Shown here in pieces: positions 60,901 through 64,000 of a stretch of 64,000 bases of DNA. The stretch covers positions 12,182 through 76,181 of the IMG/VR virus record IMGVR_UViG_3300012928_003129, one strand, 5' to 3'. Every line of letters starts with the position of its first letter. The stretch's first letter is position 1. Under the pieces are notes generated by a model. That model saw only the letters and a program-made list of their open reading frames with translations, searched no databases and was not told where the DNA came from. Position numbers and translations under genes: made by a program. Origin of the DNA: a virus.

Positions 60901-63900
60901 CACTAATGAGTTCTTTGTGGATTCTAGAAATATTGATAATAGATTTTCTGAAAACCCTGTCACTATACATTTGACTGCATCACGTTGGCCGCTAGACGCA
61001 CGAAGTAATTTTTCTGGTCTTCCGTCAAGTTTAGAAAAGTCTTACTTCAAACAAGGTGATCTTTACTTTACCGACAGTGATATTGGCACTTTTGGAGAAG
61101 GTACTCTACAGAATGACTACAGTGTTTTTGGCATGGGATACAACGGCCTATACGGCACACCACCACCGGCACCTTTATATTCAAGAAGAGTGGTGCAAAC
61201 ATCTGGCTCGATAGAATATTTAGCAGGTGAAGCTAAGTGGAAAGCCGCAGAGCAATCTGGAAAGTATCCTTTTGAAAATTCTGGAGATACAACAGAAAAG
61301 CTAAGAAGGTTGTGGCAAGATCACTCATTGGTACCAGAGTACAGAGTTAGTGATTACATAGAGGATATTGTTCTTAACGAGCAATCTAATTTTAAAAAAG
61401 TTAGAGATAAATCCGATTACCTACAAGTCACCGGAGCAATATACCATACAAGCTCTCAGGAAATTTCAGTTGGCACAAGCTTCTTCAAGACCTATGGCAC
61501 AAGCGATTTCATGAAATATTTCGGCATGACACTTGACGAAGTGAAGGAAAACAATCTTGGTGGAGCAGCCCAGCTAACACTTAAGTGTAACGCAGCCATA
61601 AAGTTTACACCTTACAGAGGGTTCTATCCTGTAGAAAGGACACTTCAAATAGGGGAATTGTTTTCAAGAGGGTATATGCCAGAATTTTCCATTACAGACG
61701 AAAGGCAAACTGCCGCAGATAGAACACAGGTTACATCTCCTGAGAAGATGGTCGAAAGAAAAATTAGAGCAAATTTACAACAATCTTTAAAACCTTTGAT
61801 GGCACCAGGTATTCTATATAATTCAATTAAGTCTGGTTTAGCTGTAGATTATCCAGTTTTTGGTTCGACCGCTGATGACACTGCCCTTGAAAACTTTGAC
61901 ACTGCAATTAGGCAAGAGTTTGAACCGGTGATAGCCTTTGACTCAAGCTTATCTTCTCTGACAAATATAACAGGATCAGAGATAAATGCAAGTAAAGATG
62001 AAGGAATACCTCGACTTAAGGGACCAGTTGATCACAGAATCACATTCGAAGATATGTTGGACCCCCAGCGTTTAATAGGAAAGAAGATATACGATAATGA
62101 GCCGCACCCTTCTGCAAGTATATATTACGGCGATGCAGCAGTGACAAAGGTTTTTGATTATCCTTTCCGTTTCGGACAATTAAATTCTGATAATAATCAG
62201 AGCAAGTTGTTTGCGGGTAATTTTAACTTACAAAAAACATTAGATGATACATTAACTCCTTACAAGATGGCAGTAAATAATTTTTGTGCAGAGACAGTTA
62301 ACTTTTTTCTTGAAAACGGAAATCTTGCAAGTCTTGAATCAGATCAGGTTAATCCTAATCTTGTTAGTGGATCACAATATAAGATGCGCGTTTACGTGAA
62401 AAACAATAGCATATCTATGTATGACAGGCACTCATCTTTTGGTCCTGCAGTAAATGAGGGGGATATACTAGTAACACAAATTAGTGGCACCGCCACCACT
62501 AACCCCGGCACCGCCGCGTTTGCTAGCTTGGGCTCCCCACGCATAACCATTGCCGCATCTGCAATAGGTACTGGATCGACAAATTTTGTTCTTGAGGATT
62601 CATCTGGTAGTACTATAAAGGTAGTATTTAGATCTGGGTCAACAGGTACAGACATAACAACCGGTAGTTATGGGCCCAACTCATCTTTCGATTACGATGT
62701 TAGTCAATATGGTAAAGTGTATGTAAATAACCTTACATCTTCGATAGATCTCGGCGCAATCGAAAATTCCAATGAGATCAATACTGTGTCAATAAATAAG
62801 TTAATGGAGGTGGCGGTAAACTATCACCGATGGTCAGGGTCTTTTGGGATTGAAGCAAATTTTGCAAACAACAATATTAGGCTTAGGCAGCGCACCATAG
62901 GTACAGCTGGAAATACACCCATTGTGTCAACAGGAAGTATATCATCTCTTTATCCTAGTTTTCCGACTCACCTCACTGGCGGCACGGCCAACTCAACAGA
63001 TTATACCAGTGTTGTAACAACAAAGATAACAGTCAGCTCTTCACATGAATACGCGCCGTTTGTTCCTCCATATTTGGATCAAGGAGCTGAGCCATATGTA
63101 GAGATATCATTCACACCGGAGGAAAGCAGAAACTATTCTCTAGAGGAAATATTGCAAGGATCCAGTTATCAATATGTTAACTTTAAGGAAGTTCCGTCAA
63201 ATGCCTCGAACAATGATAACTACAAAAATGCAATGTCAATTTCAGCATCACTAGACTTAACTAATTTCGTAGCATACGAGGAAGACAGTCAAGATCCTGG
63301 AACTACCTTACAGCAAAGAAAAAGATGGGTAATACAGACAAAGTGGGAAACACCTCTGTTGAATTTTAAAAACTCATCGGTTGATGCATTGAATTTAAAT
63401 AACATGTCAGTTGTCTCGGTTACCGGATCGCCATGGCAATCTAGAAGCTGGAACCAATATTTAACCAAATCAGTGTTAACACATTCAGAAAATTATCTGA
63501 CTTCTTCAACTGGTATGTGGCATCAATATGGCTCCATACTTAACAGTAATGAGGGCTATAACATATCTATAAGAAAAGTTGAGGGAGTCTCTCAAGACTT
63601 GCAATTGGCCCGAAAGGTTGGATTCTTGGGAGAAGACATGAAGCCTTTAGTAGCAACACCAGGTAAAATTGCTGAAAAGAAAGAAATATCTGAAGCTGTT
63701 GTTGCAATACCTTTTTATGTGGATCAAAGAGGAGGTCAATTAAAGTTTTTTACAGTTAAAAGCAGATTGCTTGATCAAGCAGTGGGCTTGAATAGCACTC
63801 GTAAAAGCGAATACATGCAATCCATTAGTGGCACTCCTGCATCTTCAGGTGAATACAAGGAACTTCGAGAACAATACTTAAGATTCTACAACAACCCAGG

Positions 63901-64000
63901 CGCCACTGGGAAAGAGTCTATTGCTTATCAGATGAGGATGATGGAAAAGTTTGTTTTCCCATCACAATTTGATTATTATACATACCCTGATTTGTCACAA
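51995..64000 (+). CDS. giant (>4000 aa, 3'-truncated) tail/baseplate protein with multiple LamG-like domains and FG-GAP-like repeats
   Basis: AAGGAG SD, MPGHYNHGDK...; frame open in all lines checked and no stop-terminated ORF listed in this frame; TIEFWLK/WHHYA/LYVDG/SLDEIRFW, ISFWF/TYDG/IYIDG/WWKMGD, WHHVCVTYDG/IYVDG; FGTSIDFSGSYMAIGAP. Confidence 0.85.
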   Translation, partial: MPGHYNHGDKVNVKILGKYTNKNFLSEAESERLVNAYIKLKSRYIPEIDYRKPETFSYFGSAKKYYEDTIKGIYESYPYDGSKAEKVEWSLSASYLDLYFIEHEYPKAKGHITFDRTGDTISQHSTFPTTDNPQYIEFTGGPHIGTVYDANNNRESNLKIDGSKGNTIEFWLKKDVSSFYSTAIRNEVIFESTTADFGINDHQYGKIAVYLESTNSSTESPISFVYQSGTNAAGTKVSARIGSSDITKDSVGDNQWHHYAITILSDDTSTVTKLYVDGELDSTRVDSIVVGPVDRPFVGSIGGSVEVTPKGSGKLSGSLDEIRFWKEARTEKEIGRFWYSPVHGGTDKDHTNANLGLYYKFNEGITGIGSHDKVVLDYSGRIGNGEIVGWDSDMRSSISAIDQSINLPDSSFKEVGDPIINPSNVLIKDVLEQYRKIGEGHDRNNMASLANSVPNFLHDLDKEGLYADLLQIMASSFDDIFLKVKNLPKIRDFAYHEFFKESGQYTNSLRNNFILGCDDNYLFQFTGNHTKPWVDHILRHFGLVTTEIFPDASLFEMFYERSEKTKFEHDLTEVRNTILSNIHKSLVHIFKTKGTEQSFRNLIRCFGIDQELVRLNAYGKNENFPIEIKPVYATAKRKTISFEGTNYQGTVHHTSSASDEISYIASEPSKKPMSVTSNFYFTKRSSLNQSETNRVSLFGMHSVLGSTNEDDPLKWHAEDSGSFQVYFNKKSRYSPDGYFELSSSAGVFQAVSSSIIPRVYDNTHWALAVRIGKKSFVDFNVIPTGSSNQYAIELIGYEYELDTLKNTFKLSSNISGDDFDKLSKQDKALYLGSHKTNFSGSHLDSSDVRAFGMSAWRDILDEDEIKEYAKNPNFFGRTDPLKISSHDDGENLKRAESLLLRWQFNNLTASNSSNQMDIVDFSAQAGQSAQSSKKYPGLAIDMVAGPSSIQQEFLPVVEYNVLDNLHTSDRVKIKSQELDRFESDSRPITYFYNFEKSMYQVVSIEMINMFASIVGYNNIIGDPVHKYRLDYKGLEKLRERFFRRVRNDMDLDKFVEYYRWIDYSLSNFLNQLIPASSEFGSNIKNVVESHALERNKYQHKIPTLRLSNEEISANAVSIGEFGFNWKQPNDFFENQVEASIDFASSSSVEVSDQDDLTHSNSPDAPFAISFWFNLQNTGSGEQVLLNKSSEYSVKVDDDDLEFTLFSDASNHTTITAANQIGTDWTSVIVTYDGTLDEATASATPRKIYIDGAVASATTSSVGSYSGMTNTSNSLVIGAANVSGSNSFNGRIADIVMITGSELTAGQATEIYNGGRSFDITNFSRYDDVVAWWKMGDDADLAAGSGSIKDYVGNHHGTPSSVTISSETTKVYSHFRDIPASDVRYSLYQAIKTDIPNSLSSTRWKSTPFRVITGMPSNLTTGINKLSHEPLSALSRINNGQSVVVTKDDLDSQAHRVDAELPFTLTSASNGVEGADLKDNYLITNNHLDISITKDVSLKGLFADTHVGGMPHRNVPFGTSDSERPEAYKLDFASNQLTISQTPINKPKSMFFRGVSATRFMNFSNIKDSSITGALGNYQKDYEIVKTLGRLSRNKYLVETTGSWLSQDAAASTHISGVVDFEVPQRTRAEHVITNRFTALGGPETTALTRDRETEEYSVYNTLNYRNSIVRTAKNILSAEPSEKFGYRSGSATQGSIHKINRNPQRFMLGTEHASRFDNEFVQHQIPQSDYQYSWVTQSVDDTVYDFLQRNDNRPYVSKFSLKHGQYIKDFSQETTGTLPSAWSTSNSDKSSIYATVESNQTIEITASAGELIAPGARMFSSENLLISENRLYRRVGTSYTLEYIIDTRFNVDAFAVNQSEDLVASIVHTDSSFNSARAIDIHRSSSGGWVLETSLTGAFGSSLNRSTKMGGIFFSGSSVVYGDLTSGTAERLKVNWFTSSSLGWGSRNQSIINSGTDYLQFETNWAYDSSTSKALVHGLNNIKEIQYNHGTSQWEVYRTHSEKTNAEAAFLAYQDGVVAIGYPGTGYRGLGTSTPVGEVNIIHPDSQTNTIKAPDQDFIDGFGTSIDFSGSYMAIGAPNFDITFNSSERELVSNDKGAAYLYKIDSDQSGSSDWASIQRKIYTRVESPRDFSKFATSLGFTGPALAVETPGEATFLGSFESDSSTHVNIYEVSSSATPVDLVLSGPIISGSSGQAALLFKGDSVFSNEINQLPSQFEQVTGHKFRILETLTGITPTSSEFSIEIEVIEGSTSSSDLSNSVYGLTSSPSSKEKLVLQYKVGSGKWKTSKISLVGSGTTAQESQKSFNKHITELISNGKMEEVHVRIISNIENKDSTPWGLGKISLVNSADSSKSEENLIELSNYRRDVIKENTKQIDVLYFTNGFMSQLSNLQGSSPLGSRPGDHDSGLHWGNGTTDYARSVQLWVKQDAISIADGEESIIAQLAGGTGASYDAEGFYPGARAWELSVEHQSGKIKFIFRIQDDYSSIASRGDYYEVKTISSYNVEEWHHVCVTYDGNGTSTTSGLKIYVDGNPVDLLTNRTSTSFQAIRFHADLKLMLGATDPAQQSMLSFMGKMNYLAQFNKELSQAEVQELYELRNNISENYSLELDPLKITQSSIKSSLAAAWPLNKNNLQIDSSTGYSIYTDIVSGYELVGETHQNSNVTAYKRIAPFSVVENIEKIIGYTQPYEIENYNTLTVSNDKDYLKNTLSPYAHASWVQLRATESPVVRKQRKDNKLTISVRGSRVHPKSINTYYHDLNSELDLTPGMTLVNESREVEVYDEVFVTKKYQPLTITLHTEISENIIQAPTSSALVVSQEDMRDHWSGEETLSTIYNGDIPLEDTRLISMKVSAPNDLTMFSSEELNNKLEMDQHRPHDISDIIQGIRSVASSEVAVVEIGYKEVIYPREVNSFTNRARTRVNFDFYSWRNLRQDRINILSGSNNYGNTLVNIGSTKIFPDIEIDKFDFLSTNEFFVDSRNIDNRFSENPVTIHLTASRWPLDARSNFSGLPSSLEKSYFKQGDLYFTDSDIGTFGEGTLQNDYSVFGMGYNGLYGTPPPAPLYSRRVVQTSGSIEYLAGEAKWKAAEQSGKYPFENSGDTTEKLRRLWQDHSLVPEYRVSDYIEDIVLNEQSNFKKVRDKSDYLQVTGAIYHTSSQEISVGTSFFKTYGTSDFMKYFGMTLDEVKENNLGGAAQLTLKCNAAIKFTPYRGFYPVERTLQIGELFSRGYMPEFSITDERQTAADRTQVTSPEKMVERKIRANLQQSLKPLMAPGILYNSIKSGLAVDYPVFGSTADDTALENFDTAIRQEFEPVIAFDSSLSSLTNITGSEINASKDEGIPRLKGPVDHRITFEDMLDPQRLIGKKIYDNEPHPSASIYYGDAAVTKVFDYPFRFGQLNSDNNQSKLFAGNFNLQKTLDDTLTPYKMAVNNFCAETVNFFLENGNLASLESDQVNPNLVSGSQYKMRVYVKNNSISMYDRHSSFGPAVNEGDILVTQISGTATTNPGTAAFASLGSPRITIAASAIGTGSTNFVLEDSSGSTIKVVFRSGSTGTDITTGSYGPNSSFDYDVSQYGKVYVNNLTSSIDLGAIENSNEINTVSINKLMEVAVNYHRWSGSFGIEANFANNNIRLRQRTIGTAGNTPIVSTGSISSLYPSFPTHLTGGTANSTDYTSVVTTKITVSSSHEYAPFVPPYLDQGAEPYVEISFTPEESRNYSLEEILQGSSYQYVNFKEVPSNASNNDNYKNAMSISASLDLTNFVAYEEDSQDPGTTLQQRKRWVIQTKWETPLLNFKNSSVDALNLNNMSVVSVTGSPWQSRSWNQYLTKSVLTHSENYLTSSTGMWHQYGSILNSNEGYNISIRKVEGVSQDLQLARKVGFLGEDMKPLVATPGKIAEKKEISEAVVAIPFYVDQRGGQLKFFTVKSRLLDQAVGLNSTRKSEYMQSISGTPASSGEYKELREQYLRFYNNPGATGKESIAYQMRMMEKFVFPSQFDYYTYPDLSQ

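Noticed and set aside
51975-64000. Large non-coding region implied by the ORF track
   Set aside because: It is a single open frame running off the window end

Overview
AT-rich, densely coding, almost entirely + strand window of a large T4-like or 'huge' tailed bacteriophage genome. It uses the standard code and Shine-Dalgarno sites, and encodes a gp55-like sigma factor, gp25/gp6-like baseplate genes, a tmRNA and a tRNA. Layout: (i) 1-13.9 kb, metabolic and putative head-cargo genes (NUDIX, Pol-beta nucleotidyltransferase, purA, RNA-ligase-like/HxGH fusion, tmRNA, PiT-like transporter, cysteine synthase, basic Cys-containing modular proteins); (ii) 13.9-20.3 kb, TilS plus cognate tRNA-Ile(CAU), Hc1-like protein, ClpP-like and trypsin-like proteases, PIN-PhoH, PD-(D/E)XK nuclease; (iii) 20.3-33.9 kb, a 15-gene sugar biosynthesis/glycosyltransferase island (rmlBCD, DegT aminotransferase, acyl- and methyltransferase, FabH, SDR, two dioxygenases, 4-5 GTs); (iv) 34-64 kb, late sigma factor and tail/baseplate genes, including a 3408-aa protein and a >4000-aa LamG-domain protein missed by the ORF track. 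Main leads: the first base of the tmRNA is the G of the upstream gene's TAG stop codon, so tmRNA maturation would create a non-stop mRNA; [S/T]-[G/A]-S tripeptides are strongly enriched in two virion proteins downstream of the glycosylation island (candidate O-glycosylation sequon); an unannotated 22-aa 8-Cys peptide; and a recurrent ACTAWTTA late-promoter-like motif. All calls are from motif recognition by eye; no searches were run.
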